From the NCBI GenBank assembly GCA_026397015.1, contig JAPLVR010000004.1, positions 6,126 to 70,125 of the forward strand: a stretch of DNA of 64,000 nt. Reading direction: 5' to 3'. The translations under genes were made by a program, and so were the position numbers. The notes below the pieces were generated by a model. It did no database searches. It had not been told where the DNA came from and worked only from the letters and a program-made list of their open reading frames with translations. Source of the stretch: Candidatus Iainarchaeum sp. GTDB lineage: Archaea > Iainarchaeota > Iainarchaeia > Iainarchaeales > JAAZKV01. Shown here in pieces: positions 18,610 to 29,005 of this stretch. Numbering within the stretch: the first letter of the stretch is position 1; every line of letters begins with the position of its first letter.

Positions 18610-19695
18610 ATGATTTCAAAAAAAGAGGCGGGAATGCCGATAAGAGAATTTCTTGCGTCGAAAGGAAAAATAATTGACAAAGAAATGGAAAAATATATTC
18701 CGAGAAAAGCGACTAAGAAATGGGTAGAGGGTGCGCTTGGAAAAACTGGGTTTGAGTGGGATTTGGAGGCATACACAAAAGTGGTAAATGAGCCGATTTG
18801 GGATCTGCTTGACCGCGGAGGGAAAAGATGGCGCCCAGTGTTGGCGTGTATTTGTTGTGAGGCTGTTGGGGGAAAATGGGGGGCCGGCTTGAAAGTCGCG
18901 CCAATAGTTGAATTAATACATAACGGCACTTTGATGATTGATGATATAGAAGATGATTCTGTGGCAAGAAGGGGGAAACTATGCACTCACAAACTTTTTG
19001 GTATTGATGTTGCAATTGATGCCGGAAACTTGATGTACTACTGGCCAATGGCCCCAATTTATGCCAATCGGTTTAAGCTTTCTGAAAAGCAACAAAAGCA
19101 GATATACGAACTTTATTTGCAGGAAATGCTTCGGGTTAACTCTGGCCAGGCCCTTGACATAATGTGGCACAGGGGCAATTTTTTGCCTTCAGAAAAGCAA
19201 TATTTGCAAATGTGCCTTGGAAAGACAGGGGTGCTTGCAGGAGTCGCTGCGCAACTGGGTGCGATAATGGGCAATGCGCCAAAAAAACAATCAGATGCGC
19301 TTAGAAAATATGGACAAATAATCGGTGTCGGCTTTCAGATACAGGACGATATTTTGGAATTGATTGGGCAGGAATTCAAGAAAAAGAAAGGTTCAATCGG
19401 CGGCGACATTTACGAGGGAAAAAGAACGTTGATTGTGATAAGGACTCTTGAAAAAGCTTCAAAGGAAGACAGAGAAAGGTTGATAAAAATTCTTGATTCC
19501 CACACAATTCACGAATCCGAAATACAGGAAGCGCTTGACATAATCAATAAATATGATGGAATCCAATATTCAAAGAAGGTGGCTGAAAAATTGGTTCTCG
19601 GCGCATGGAAGGACGCAGACAAGGTGCTGAAAGAAAGCAACGCAAAAACAGTTCTGAAAAAGTTTGCCGAATATTTGATTGAAAGAAAAATTTAA
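18610..19695 (+). CDS. Polyprenyl diphosphate synthase (GGPP synthase family)
   Basis: GGKRWRP, FARM DDIEDDS..RRG, GQALDI, KTG, FQIQDD; alternative start at 18634. Confidence 0.9.
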   Translation: MISKKEAGMPIREFLASKGKIIDKEMEKYIPRKATKKWVEGALGKTGFEWDLEAYTKVVNEPIWDLLDRGGKRWRPVLACICCEAVGGKWGAGLKVAPIVELIHNGTLMIDDIEDDSVARRGKLCTHKLFGIDVAIDAGNLMYYWPMAPIYANRFKLSEKQQKQIYELYLQEMLRVNSGQALDIMWHRGNFLPSEKQYLQMCLGKTGVLAGVAAQLGAIMGNAPKKQSDALRKYGQIIGVGFQIQDDILELIGQEFKKKKGSIGGDIYEGKRTLIVIRTLEKASKEDRERLIKILDSHTIHESEIQEALDIINKYDGIQYSKKVAEKLVLGAWKDADKVLKESNAKTVLKKFAEYLIERKI

Positions 19696-19771
19696 TGGTT
19701 CAATAGCGTAAAGAAAAATTAAAGTGAAATGGTTTGTTTGTTGAAATTTTTGATTTGAAAAGGTGTTTTTG

Positions 19772-20818
19772 ATGGCTTCAGTAACTTCGAAAAGGAAATT
19801 AGATCATTTGAAGATATGCGCTTCAAAGGACGTTTCCTTCAAAGAGAAAACCACTTTGCTCGAATGCGTCGAATTGGGTTACAAAGCGCTGCCGGAAATT
19901 TCTTTGGACAATGTAAATCTTTCAACGCAGTTTTTGGGGAAAAACTTTTCTTTTCCAATAGTGGTTTCAGCCATTACAGGCGGAGCGTCAGCTTCAAAAA
20001 AAATCAACCGAGATATTGCAGTTGCGTGCCAGTCGCTTGGAATCGGAATGGGTTTGGGAAGCATGCGCGCGATGCTTGAGCATCCGAGCGTGGCGGAAAC
20101 TTATTTTGTAAGGGATTGCGCGCCGGACATTTTTTTGGCGGGAAATATCGGCGCGGTTCAATTGAAGGAATTTTCTGTCGAGCAAATCGGAGAAGCTCTT
20201 GATGCAATTGAAGCCGATGCTTTGGCAATTCATGTCAATGCCGCGCAGGAAGCCGTTCAGCCCGAAGGAAATGTGGATTTTTCGGGGCTGGTTTCAAAAA
20301 TTGATGAAATCTCGGCGCGTTTGGGAAAGCCGGTTTATGTTAAGGAAGTCGGGCACGGAATCAGTTTTGAAGTCGCATCAATGCTGAAAGAAACAAAAAT
20401 TTCTGCAATCGATGTGCAGGGCGCGGGCGGCACTTCATGGACAACAGTCGATTCGCTGAGGCACAAGAAAGGCTTCGGCTCGGCGTTTGGCGAATTTGGA
20501 ATTCCAACAGCGGTTTCAATAATCGAAACGCGAAATGCTTTGCAATCTTCGGGCAAAAAAATAATCGGTTCTGGCGGAATTAGAAACGGAATTGATGCAG
20601 CGAAGGCGATTGTTCTCGGCGCCGACATGGCTGGATTGGCGCTTCCCGCTTTGAAAGCGCAGCAGGACGGCGGCGCGAAAGGAGTTGAAGCCTTGCTTTC
20701 AAATTTAATTAATGAACTGGAAATAACTTCATTCCTTTTGGGCGCGAAAAGTATTTCTGAATTAAAAGCGTTGCCGTATGTTGTTACGGGAAAATTGCAC
20801 GATTGGTTGAAGCAATAA
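19772..20818 (+). CDS. fni: Type 2 isopentenyl-diphosphate isomerase (FMN-dependent)
   Basis: RKLDHL, SAITGG, GLGSMR, HVNAAQEAVQPEG, VKEVGHG, GAGGTSW. Confidence 0.95.
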   Translation: MASVTSKRKLDHLKICASKDVSFKEKTTLLECVELGYKALPEISLDNVNLSTQFLGKNFSFPIVVSAITGGASASKKINRDIAVACQSLGIGMGLGSMRAMLEHPSVAETYFVRDCAPDIFLAGNIGAVQLKEFSVEQIGEALDAIEADALAIHVNAAQEAVQPEGNVDFSGLVSKIDEISARLGKPVYVKEVGHGISFEVASMLKETKISAIDVQGAGGTSWTTVDSLRHKKGFGSAFGEFGIPTAVSIIETRNALQSSGKKIIGSGGIRNGIDAAKAIVLGADMAGLALPALKAQQDGGAKGVEALLSNLINELEITSFLLGAKSISELKALPYVVTGKLHDWLKQ

Positions 20819-20862
20819 ATTTAAGAAGTTCAACTGCCCAGATTATATTATTCCAAGCGGTG

Positions 20863-21093
20863 ATGAGATTGAAAATAAAAGTTGGTGTTGGTCAGAAACG
20901 AAAAACGAATCGCCCTACAGTAAAAGCGAGCAGGTTGAAGCAAAGCGCCGTTAATCCTCAGTTTCAAAAGCACCTCAGATTTGTAAGAAGAAGATTTAGG
21001 AATGCGCCTGAGTACGAACGCGACTTCAGAAGACTCTGGAAGAAAAATCCGAAAGAGGCAGTTGCAGCATTAGATTCATGGGTTGAATATTAA
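20863..21093 (+). CDS. Small basic hypothetical protein
   Basis: ATG with GGTG RBS; MRLKIKVGVGQKRKTNRP... Confidence 0.55.
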   Translation: MRLKIKVGVGQKRKTNRPTVKASRLKQSAVNPQFQKHLRFVRRRFRNAPEYERDFRRLWKKNPKEAVAALDSWVEY

Positions 21094-21117
21094 TGCATCT
21101 AATTAAGCCAAATTAAC

Positions 21118-21162
21118 TCGTCAATCAACGAAGTCGGGTTCGTTTGTTGGAAAGGTTTTTAT
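21118..21162 (+). promoter_or_regulatory. Conserved upstream motif plus BRE/TATA
   Basis: TCGTCAATCAACG-N8-TTCGTTT-N4-GAAAGGTTTTTAT, identical in sequence and spacing to 35707-35751. Confidence 0.75.
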
Positions 21163-21212
21163 AGTTCACTCTTCCCATTAGTTAGAGTTGGCTTTTTTGC
21201 TAAAAAAACTGT

Positions 21213-22649
21213 GTGGGTTTCATGAAGGTACCGTTGCTTCCGCTTGAGGAAAGAAAAACAACTTTTAATGAAGTTGAAATAGGTTACAATGAAGCGCAGG
21301 CGCTCGAAGAAGCATCAAGATGCTTGCAATGCAAAAAACCTTCCTGCGTTGAAGGGTGCCCGGCAAGAGTGAATATTCCGGGGTTCATAAGAGAATTCAG
21401 GGAAGGAAGAATGGGCGATTCGGCCAAAATAATAAGAGAAAGAAATTTTTTCCCGAGCATTTGCGGGAGGATATGCCAGCACGAAAAGCAGTGCGAGGCA
21501 GCGTGCGTTCTGGCAAAAAAAGATGGCCCCGTTTGCATAGGCGGGATTGAGCGATACATAGGAGACAACGCGCCGAAACCGAAACACAAAAAGGCGAACG
21601 GAAAAAGAGTTGCAATAATAGGTTCCGGGCCGAGCGGTCTTACCGCCGCCGCACATGTAGCGCTCGCAGGATTGAACGCAACTGTTTTCGAAAGCACCCA
21701 CGCGATGGGCGGAATAATAAAATACGGCGTTCCCGAATTCAGGCTGCCGAAAGTGGTTGTTACAAGCGAATTAAAATATTTGCAGGAACTCGGCGTCGAC
21801 TTTGAGCCAAATTCAAAAATCAGCGAAAAATCTTTGGAAGAAATTTCAAAAAAATATGATGCAATATTCATCGGAACGGGGGTAGGAAAATCGAGGGAGT
21901 TAAAAGTTCCGGGTTCGGATTTAAAAGGAATCTTTTCAGCAATGAAATTTTTGGTTAATTTGAACCAGAGCGAAATCGCGCCCGTAAAAAAGGGAGACAA
22001 AATTGTCGTGGTTGGTGCGGGCTATGTTGGAATTGATGCTGCAAGAAGCGCAATCAGAATCGGCGGGGAGGTAACGTGCATCACAAAGGAATCAAAAGAA
22101 GAATCAATTGGAAGGGTTGCGGAAAAAGATTATATTGAAGCTGGGGAAGAAGGGGTAAAATTTATTTTTGGGGCAGGGATATTAAGGTTTGAGGGTGCAA
22201 ATGGAAGTGGCGGCGGAAATGGGGGCGGCAGTGGAAATAGCGGCGGAAACGGAAACACAGAAGGGAGAGCAGTGAAAAAAGTTTGGTATTCGACCGGGCA
22301 GGGGGAATGTGCGCTTGATGCGAATTTAGTTATTGTCGCAGTTGGCCAGGAGCACGATACGGATTCATTTAAGCAATCATTAAGAACGCGCGCCGATGGC
22401 TGCATAAAGGTAAATGAAACTTATCAAACGGCAATCCCGAATGTTTTTGCCGCGGGTGACTGCATTCACGGGCCGAAAACAGTAATAGAAGCCGTTGCAA
22501 CAGGAACGGGCGCGGCGAAAGCGATAATCGAATATTTGGAGAAAAATCCAAAAAATAAAGAAGAGAAGCGGACAGAGGAACAGAAAAAGAAGTTTGATGA
22601 AATAGCGAGAACGATTCAAGAAATAGACCAGTCGAATGCGGACATATGA
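21213..22649 (+). CDS. GltD/SudA/NfnB-like NAD(P)-dependent Fe-S flavoprotein
   Basis: EASRCLQCKKPSCVEGCP, CGRICQHEKQCE, IIGSGPSGL, GAGYVGID, FAAGD. Confidence 0.9.
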   Translation: MGFMKVPLLPLEERKTTFNEVEIGYNEAQALEEASRCLQCKKPSCVEGCPARVNIPGFIREFREGRMGDSAKIIRERNFFPSICGRICQHEKQCEAACVLAKKDGPVCIGGIERYIGDNAPKPKHKKANGKRVAIIGSGPSGLTAAAHVALAGLNATVFESTHAMGGIIKYGVPEFRLPKVVVTSELKYLQELGVDFEPNSKISEKSLEEISKKYDAIFIGTGVGKSRELKVPGSDLKGIFSAMKFLVNLNQSEIAPVKKGDKIVVVGAGYVGIDAARSAIRIGGEVTCITKESKEESIGRVAEKDYIEAGEEGVKFIFGAGILRFEGANGSGGGNGGGSGNSGGNGNTEGRAVKKVWYSTGQGECALDANLVIVAVGQEHDTDSFKQSLRTRADGCIKVNETYQTAIPNVFAAGDCIHGPKTVIEAVATGTGAAKAIIEYLEKNPKNKEEKRTEEQKKKFDEIARTIQEIDQSNADI

Positions 22650-22755
22650 TCTATAAATAAGTTAAGGGTTTTGCATTTTGTAATTTAAAAGTTAAAATTT
22701 TTATAATTTGATTTATAATTTAAAATTTTTGCACGAAAATTTTGAAATGATTTTT

Positions 22756-24042
22756 ATGAACAAGGAAAAGTTCAGGGAATTTTACAAGAAAAGCGTTGCG
22801 GAAAGGCAGCAAATAGTTACGGAAGAATTTTCGCTTTCGCCTGAAGAAAAAGCGCTGCTTCAAAAAGAAGGTTCACTTTCACTTGAAATCGCAAACAGAA
22901 TGATAGAGAATGTTGTCGGAACTTTTCCCTTCCCCTACGGAGTTGCAACCAATTTTGTAATTGACGGAAAAGAAATAATTATTCCTTTTGCGATTGAAGA
23001 GCCGAGCGTTGTCGCCGCGGCAAGCAACGCCGCAAGGCTCTCTTCAGGCTTTGAAACTTCCGCGGACGAGCCGATAATGATCGGGCAGATACAAATAGTG
23101 AAATGCAAAAACCCGAATGCGGCTGTAAAAAAAATACTTGCAAAAAAGAAGGAACTTCTCGAAATCGCACGAGGCGCAGATGTAACGCTCCTCAACTCAG
23201 GCGGCGGACCGAGAAAATTGTTGGGCGTTGTTTTGCCGACCGAAAGGGGAAAAATGGTTGCGCTACAACTGCTCGTTGATGTAAGAGATGCGATGGGGGC
23301 AAATGCGGTTAACACAATGCTTGAAAAGATGGCTCCGCGAATTGAAGAAATTTCCGGCGGACAGGTAAGATTGAGAATAATTTCAAACCTCGCGCTCCAC
23401 AGGAAGGCGAGAGCAAAAGCAGTTTGGGCAAAAAAAATGCTCGAAGAAAGCACGAAAGGGCAGATGAAAGGGGAAGAAGTTGTTGAAGCGATTCTTGACG
23501 CGCATGAGTTCGCGAAGGCGAGCCAGCTGAGGGCAACGACCAGCAACAAGGGAATAATGAATGGCATAGATGCGGTTGTAATTGCGACGGGAAATGATTT
23601 CAGGGCAATTGAATCCGGCGCGCATTCTTTTGCCGCATACAAAAAAGAATACGGTCCGCTCACAAAATTTTATAAAAACAAAAACGGGGACTTGGTCGGC
23701 GAAATAGAATTGCCTATCGCAACAGGATTGATCGGCGGCGCAACAAAAACGCATCCAATGGCTCAGCTTTCGCTCAAAATTTTGGGCGTGAAAACGGCGC
23801 AAGAGCTGGCGCGCATCATTGCGGCAGTTGGATTGGCGCAAAACTTTGCCGCGCTCAGAGCGCTTGCAACGGAAGGAATCCAGCGCGGGCACATGCGATT
23901 GCACTCAAAAAATGTTGCAATAATGGCCGGGGCGAAAGGAAAAGAAATTGAAGTTGTTTCTGAGAAAATGGTTGAAGCAAAGGAAGTTAATTCGGCGAAA
24001 GCAAGTCAAATACTTAAAGAATTGAGGGAAAGAAAAAAGTAG
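22756..24042 (+). CDS. mvaA: Class II HMG-CoA reductase
   Basis: MIENVVG, EEPSVVAAAS, DAMGANAVNTMLE, NKGIMNGIDAV, GIQRGHMRLH. Confidence 0.95.
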   Translation: MNKEKFREFYKKSVAERQQIVTEEFSLSPEEKALLQKEGSLSLEIANRMIENVVGTFPFPYGVATNFVIDGKEIIIPFAIEEPSVVAAASNAARLSSGFETSADEPIMIGQIQIVKCKNPNAAVKKILAKKKELLEIARGADVTLLNSGGGPRKLLGVVLPTERGKMVALQLLVDVRDAMGANAVNTMLEKMAPRIEEISGGQVRLRIISNLALHRKARAKAVWAKKMLEESTKGQMKGEEVVEAILDAHEFAKASQLRATTSNKGIMNGIDAVVIATGNDFRAIESGAHSFAAYKKEYGPLTKFYKNKNGDLVGEIELPIATGLIGGATKTHPMAQLSLKILGVKTAQELARIIAAVGLAQNFAALRALATEGIQRGHMRLHSKNVAIMAGAKGKEIEVVSEKMVEAKEVNSAKASQILKELRERKK

Positions 24043-24155
24043 TTAAAAAATTAAGGAAAGGGAAAAAGTAATTTAATTGTTGAAAATTGAAGAGGAGAAA
24101 ATTAATTGCAAAAGTAATTAAATATTTGCAGATTAAGTTTGTTAAAGGTTTTTTT

Positions 24156-25196
24156 ATGGCGGGAATAGTTGGTTGGGGTTCGTACATTCCGAAGTACAGA
24201 ATAACTGTTGAAGAAATCGCGGCGGTTCAGGGGCAGAACCTGAAAGCGATAATCGACGGCTTGGGGCTTACGGAGAAAAGCGTTCCAGGGAAAGACGAAG
24301 ATGCGGCAACAATTGCCGTTCATGCGTCGCGCGACGCGTTGAAACGCGCAGGAATAAACCCAAAAGAAATAGGGGCGGTTTATGTCGGCTCGGAAAGCCA
24401 CCCTTATGCCGTTAAGCCGACAGCGTCAATTGTGGGCGAAGCACTTGACATTGGAAACGAATACACTGCGCTTGACACAGAATTCGCATGCAAGGCGGGA
24501 AGCGGCACAATACAAATCAACGCCGGAATGGTTGATTCGGGAATGATAAAATACGGATTAGGCGTTGGCGCGGATACTTCACAAGCGGAACCGGGAAATG
24601 CTTTGGAATACTCGGCGGCAGCAGGCGGAGCGGCTTTCATAATCGGGCCGAAAAATGGTTCAGTGGCAACGCTCGATTTTACGGCTTCTTTCACTTCGGA
24701 CACGCCCGATTTTTGGAGAAGGGCATTACAACCCTATCCGGCGCACGCAGGCAGATTTACCGGAGAACCGGCTTACTTCAAACACGTTCTTGGCGCAACA
24801 AATCTTATCCTAAAAAAGAGCGGAGCAAAGATTTCTGATTTTGACCATATAGTTTTGCACATGCCGAACGCAAAATTTCCTGAACGCGCGGCAAAGATTT
24901 TGGGCGCAACGCCAAAGCAGATAGAAGTAGGTCTCGTGGTAAAAAAAATAGGCAACACATATTCTGGAAGCTCGTTGTTGGGATTAGCAGCGGTGCTTGA
25001 TGTTGCAAAACCCGAGCAAAAAATATTGGTGACAAGCTACGGTTCGGGTGCAGGAAGCGACTCATTCATTTTCACAACGACAAACAAGATTTTGCTGGTA
25101 CAGAAAGAAGCGAGAAAAGTGAGCGAATACATTGCGAGAAAAGAATATTTGGGTTACGCACAATATTTGAAGCACATGGAGGAAATCCACAAGTAA
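24156..25196 (+). CDS. mvaS: HMG-CoA synthase, archaeal type
   Basis: GSESHPYAVKP, EFACKAG, SDTPDFWRR, HMPN, IGNTYSG. Confidence 0.95.
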   Translation: MAGIVGWGSYIPKYRITVEEIAAVQGQNLKAIIDGLGLTEKSVPGKDEDAATIAVHASRDALKRAGINPKEIGAVYVGSESHPYAVKPTASIVGEALDIGNEYTALDTEFACKAGSGTIQINAGMVDSGMIKYGLGVGADTSQAEPGNALEYSAAAGGAAFIIGPKNGSVATLDFTASFTSDTPDFWRRALQPYPAHAGRFTGEPAYFKHVLGATNLILKKSGAKISDFDHIVLHMPNAKFPERAAKILGATPKQIEVGLVVKKIGNTYSGSSLLGLAAVLDVAKPEQKILVTSYGSGAGSDSFIFTTTNKILLVQKEARKVSEYIARKEYLGYAQYLKHMEEIHK

Positions 25197-25511
25197 GTGA
25201 TTTTTATGGACTTTAAGAAATTCCTTAGGCCTACAAAGAATAAAATTCTTCTTTCTTTGGCGCTACCAATAATTTTTGCAATTATCGACTTTTTTACAAT
25301 ATGCATGTGTGACAACAGTCTTTTTGGCGTGTGTAATCCAGAAAATAATTATGCCTTTTTATTGCTGAATCCAAGTTGTCATTGTTGGTGTGCCACGTTT
25401 TTCAATGTCATACAGTATTATTCATTTTACATTATTTTGTTCTCAATTGTTTATGCATTAATTTCAGTCGTAAATTTTTCAAAAACTAAAGGCCAAAGTG
25501 ATAAAAAATGA
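25197..25511 (+). CDS. Small Cys-rich membrane protein between HMG-CoA synthase and thiolase
   Basis: Two hydrophobic segments flanking CMC...C...CHCWC; stop overlaps the thiolase ATG; AT-rich. Confidence 0.6.
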   Translation: MIFMDFKKFLRPTKNKILLSLALPIIFAIIDFFTICMCDNSLFGVCNPENNYAFLLLNPSCHCWCATFFNVIQYYSFYIILFSIVYALISVVNFSKTKGQSDKK

Positions 25512-26662
25512 AAGTAGGCGTTTTGGGAATAGGAATTACGAAATTCGGCGAGCGCTGGGACCAGGGCCTGCGCGAATTGCTGCTTGATGCACAACTGCGC
25601 GCGCTCAACGATGCGAAAATTGATGCGAAACAAATTGACACGCTTTTCACGGGAAACATGTGCGGCGATTCGCTTTCAGGGCAACTGCACATCGGGGCGA
25701 TGGCTGCGGAAAATCTGAATCTTGACAAGCCGAGCATTCGAGTTGAGGGAGCATGCGCTTCAGGTTCGCTTGCATTGAGACAGGGGGTTCACGCAATCAC
25801 TTCAGGCGAAGCAAGAGTTGCGATGGTTTCGGGCGTAGAAAAAATGACCGACGTTTCAACAGAACAAGTTACAACTGCATTGATGGGCGCGGGGGACGAA
25901 GAATTAGAAGGATTTAACGGACTGACTTTTCCCGGGCTTTACGCTCTGCTTGCGAACGCTTACATGCACAAATACAAATTGAAAAGAGAAACGCTCGCAA
26001 AGGTTTCAGTGAAAAGCCACTTCCACGGCGCGCGAAATCCATACGCACAGTACCAAAACGAAATTACAGTTGACACGGTGATTAATTCGCCGATGGTGGC
26101 GGACCCGCTCACATTGTTTGATTGTTCTCCGATAACAGACGGCGCAGCATCGGTGATTCTTGTTTCGGAAGAAATCGCAAAAAAAGCAGGGGTGGAAGTT
26201 TACATTACAGGCTCGGGATTGGCGAACGATTCACTTTCATTGGCACGCAGAAAATCGCTCACGAGGATTGACGCTTCATTTGTTGCAAGAGAAAAGGCTT
26301 TCAATCAGGCGGGAATAACCCCAAAAGAAGTTGATTTTGCGGAAGTGCACGATTGCTTTTCAATCGCGGAAATTTTGGCGGTTGAAGGATTGGGTTTGGC
26401 AAAAGAAGGAGAAGCGGGAAAACTTTACGATTCAAAGCAGACTTACTTCGACGGAGATATGCCGATAAACACTTCGGGCGGATTAAAAGCATGCGGTCAT
26501 CCTATCGGCGCAACAGGTGTGAAGCAGGCTGTTGAAGCAGTTCAACAATTGAGAGGCGAAGCGAAGGAAAGGCAAGTAAAAGGAGCGGGGATAGGGGTTA
26601 CGCACAATGTCGGCGGAAGCGGTGCGACTGTTTGTGTTCATGTTTTCAAAAAGGTGAAATAA
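25508..26662 (+). CDS. Acetyl-CoA acetyltransferase (archaeal thiolase)
   Basis: EGACASGSLA, CSPITDGA, EVHDCFS, GGLKACGHPIGATG, HNVGG. Confidence 0.95.
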   Translation: MKVGVLGIGITKFGERWDQGLRELLLDAQLRALNDAKIDAKQIDTLFTGNMCGDSLSGQLHIGAMAAENLNLDKPSIRVEGACASGSLALRQGVHAITSGEARVAMVSGVEKMTDVSTEQVTTALMGAGDEELEGFNGLTFPGLYALLANAYMHKYKLKRETLAKVSVKSHFHGARNPYAQYQNEITVDTVINSPMVADPLTLFDCSPITDGAASVILVSEEIAKKAGVEVYITGSGLANDSLSLARRKSLTRIDASFVAREKAFNQAGITPKEVDFAEVHDCFSIAEILAVEGLGLAKEGEAGKLYDSKQTYFDGDMPINTSGGLKACGHPIGATGVKQAVEAVQQLRGEAKERQVKGAGIGVTHNVGGSGATVCVHVFKKVK

Positions 26663-26664
26663 AA

Positions 26665-27063
26665 ATGTTCAGAGAAAGCCCAATATTGAGATGGCGCGGA
26701 TACAATGACAGGTACAAGCTGAAGGGATACAAATGCAGGGTGTGCAAAAAAGTTTACTTTGAAAAGAAAGGGTTGTGCCCGTGCGGCAGCATTGAATTTG
26801 ATGAAATTGAACTTTCAGGAAAAGGAAAAATAGCTGCGTTCACGCAAATTCACGGAGCGCCAGAAGCATTCGAATCAAAGGCGCCTTATTGTGTCGCAGT
26901 AATCGATTTGGCGGAGGGGGCGAGGATTGAGGCGCAAGTAGTTGACTGCAAATACTCAGATTTGAAAATCGGAACGGATGTTGAAGCGGTTTTCAGGAAA
27001 TTCTATTCAAGCGGAGAGAAGGGAGCAATACATTACGGAACGAAGTTTGTGCCGAAGTTTTAG
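26665..27063 (+). CDS. DUF35 Zn-ribbon/OB-fold scaffold protein
   Basis: CRVC...CPC zinc ribbon, OB-fold, HYGTKFVP; follows the thiolase. Confidence 0.9.
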   Translation: MFRESPILRWRGYNDRYKLKGYKCRVCKKVYFEKKGLCPCGSIEFDEIELSGKGKIAAFTQIHGAPEAFESKAPYCVAVIDLAEGARIEAQVVDCKYSDLKIGTDVEAVFRKFYSSGEKGAIHYGTKFVPKF

Positions 27064-27079
27064 TTTTTGAGGTGCTAAT

Positions 27080-27514
27080 TTGGAAAAATACAATACTGCC
27101 TTTTTTACTTTGTACACAAATTTGTTCAAAATTTTAAAGGAAGAATTCGGAGAAGAAAAAGCCTTGGAGGTTTTTACACAAATAATGGAACGCGGCTTAA
27201 AGTCCGCGTATGACTCAATGGGATTTGAAAAAGGAAGCACAAAAGACTTTGCAAAAGTTTTGAAAGCCCGGGATGAAAGCGTCGGGCTAAAAGTAAGCTT
27301 TCCAATGGTAACAAAAAACAAAGTGGTTTATCGGTTCCACACAAATGCTTTTCCAAACCTTAAAGGGGAAGTGAGTCCGGAAAAGCTCGATGCAACCTTT
27401 ATGCGTTTTAAGGTAAATTACTTGCTTGGAGATGACTGGGGATACAAAACAACAAATCACATCTGGCGCGGTGGCAGGTTCACCGACCATATCATAGAAA
27501 GACGCAAAAAATGA
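27080..27514 (+). CDS. Hypothetical protein (weak resemblance to the ATC-hydrolase/V4R-like family)
   Basis: LFKILKEEFGEEKALEV N-terminal pattern; TTG start with GAGGTG RBS. Confidence 0.45.
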   Translation: MEKYNTAFFTLYTNLFKILKEEFGEEKALEVFTQIMERGLKSAYDSMGFEKGSTKDFAKVLKARDESVGLKVSFPMVTKNKVVYRFHTNAFPNLKGEVSPEKLDATFMRFKVNYLLGDDWGYKTTNHIWRGGRFTDHIIERRKK

Positions 27515-27617
27515 ATTAAAAAGTGTTCCAAAATTTTAGTGCCATGGAAATTTAGAATTTAGAGAATTTCAAATCTGAACAGAAAGAAATAAATACGCGC
27601 AGTGCGCAATCCTTATT

Positions 27618-28952
27618 ATGAGGATTAATGCCAGAACAAGGGCAAAATTTCGCGGCGCGGTTGTTGGCGCACTGGGTGCTCGAACAAAAAAGCCTCTTTC
27701 TCGTGAAACTCCTAAATCAATTCAACAAATTTTTCACCCCCATTCAAGGGGCGGCCCGATGGCAGCATATCCTCAATATCAGATGTTTCATGAATTATCC
27801 AAACTTCCGGCTGAGAGAGTATTTAGATTTGTAAAAATGGATCAAATTAAAGCAGAGGTTCTAAAACAACCAGGGGTTGCGAAGCTTGTTGCAAAAAATC
27901 CTGAATTAGCTAAGGAGTTGGAGCAGGCAGTAAAAGCAGCGGTAAGAGAAAGAGGAATAAAAGGCGGCAAATTTTGGATAAAAGCTCCAAAGAATTATAT
28001 TGATAAAATTGTGCGTTCAGGCAAGGGAAAACCAAACGCAATGAATGACAAAACAGGAGAAATAATTGCGTCAATATTTGGCAAAGCAATAAAACCAAGA
28101 ACTATTCTTGACATAGGCACCTTCTCAGGAGGCACTGTGAATGCGGTTGTGAACAAGCTCCCTATGGAACAAAGGCAATTATTGAATGTGGTGTTGGTTG
28201 ATGTCGCAGGAAAAACAGTGCGCGAACATGCAATCCCGGCGCTGGTAGCGCTCGGGGTCCCAAGACAAAACATCAAACTTATTCCTGCAAGTTTTTACAG
28301 TGCGGCAGTTTCATTAGGCGAAATGAAGAGGCCATTGCACGAGTCAAAGCAAAAACTTTTTTTAAATCAATTTAAACAACTTGTCGGCAATGTTGATGCG
28401 ATAACAGCCGGGGCAGCAACAATAAATTTTGCGACCGATTTGAAACCCTATTTGAGAAGTATAAAATCACTGCTAAAGAAAGACGGGGTGTTTGTTAATT
28501 GGGATTGGGGGAGCGCAGAATCAATGCGGCCGACAGTAAGATCTGCAGCATTAAAAAAAGTGCCCATAGGTTTCTCTCCGGAAGGAAGGATGGTATCACA
28601 TTACGACGCTTATGTTTCATTCATGAATTTTTGGCTGACAAATGCTTTCGGGTACCCGGAAACAGTAATTAACAAATTTATTAAAGATGTAAATGTATCA
28701 AGAAAATTTAATTCATTCAAGTGGCTTGAAGAAAACACTGCATGGGCGGAGAATGAACGAAGAAAAATTGGTAAAAGAAAAGTTGCCGGTCCGCTGGCAT
28801 TCCGAAACAGAGCTTATCGAACACCAAGCGCAATGTACCGTGCGGCGGTTGCACAAGGATTCGAAACAGAGCGCCCGGTATTTCCTCTTGCAAAACCGGG
28901 CGCCTTAGATACAGGCAATGTTAATTGGATGATAATAATGAAGAAAAAATGA
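27618..28952 (+). CDS. Class I SAM-dependent methyltransferase with a long basic N-terminal extension
   Basis: ILDIGTFSGG (motif I), VVLVDVA, LLKKDGVFVNWD; own TATA ~27588. Confidence 0.7.
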   Translation: MRINARTRAKFRGAVVGALGARTKKPLSRETPKSIQQIFHPHSRGGPMAAYPQYQMFHELSKLPAERVFRFVKMDQIKAEVLKQPGVAKLVAKNPELAKELEQAVKAAVRERGIKGGKFWIKAPKNYIDKIVRSGKGKPNAMNDKTGEIIASIFGKAIKPRTILDIGTFSGGTVNAVVNKLPMEQRQLLNVVLVDVAGKTVREHAIPALVALGVPRQNIKLIPASFYSAAVSLGEMKRPLHESKQKLFLNQFKQLVGNVDAITAGAATINFATDLKPYLRSIKSLLKKDGVFVNWDWGSAESMRPTVRSAALKKVPIGFSPEGRMVSHYDAYVSFMNFWLTNAFGYPETVINKFIKDVNVSRKFNSFKWLEENTAWAENERRKIGKRKVAGPLAFRNRAYRTPSAMYRAAVAQGFETERPVFPLAKPGALDTGNVNWMIIMKKK

Positions 28953-29005
28953 ACATTTTTATTGGTTTAAATTCTTTTCTAAATACAGTTTTTACAGGCG
29001 GTTTG

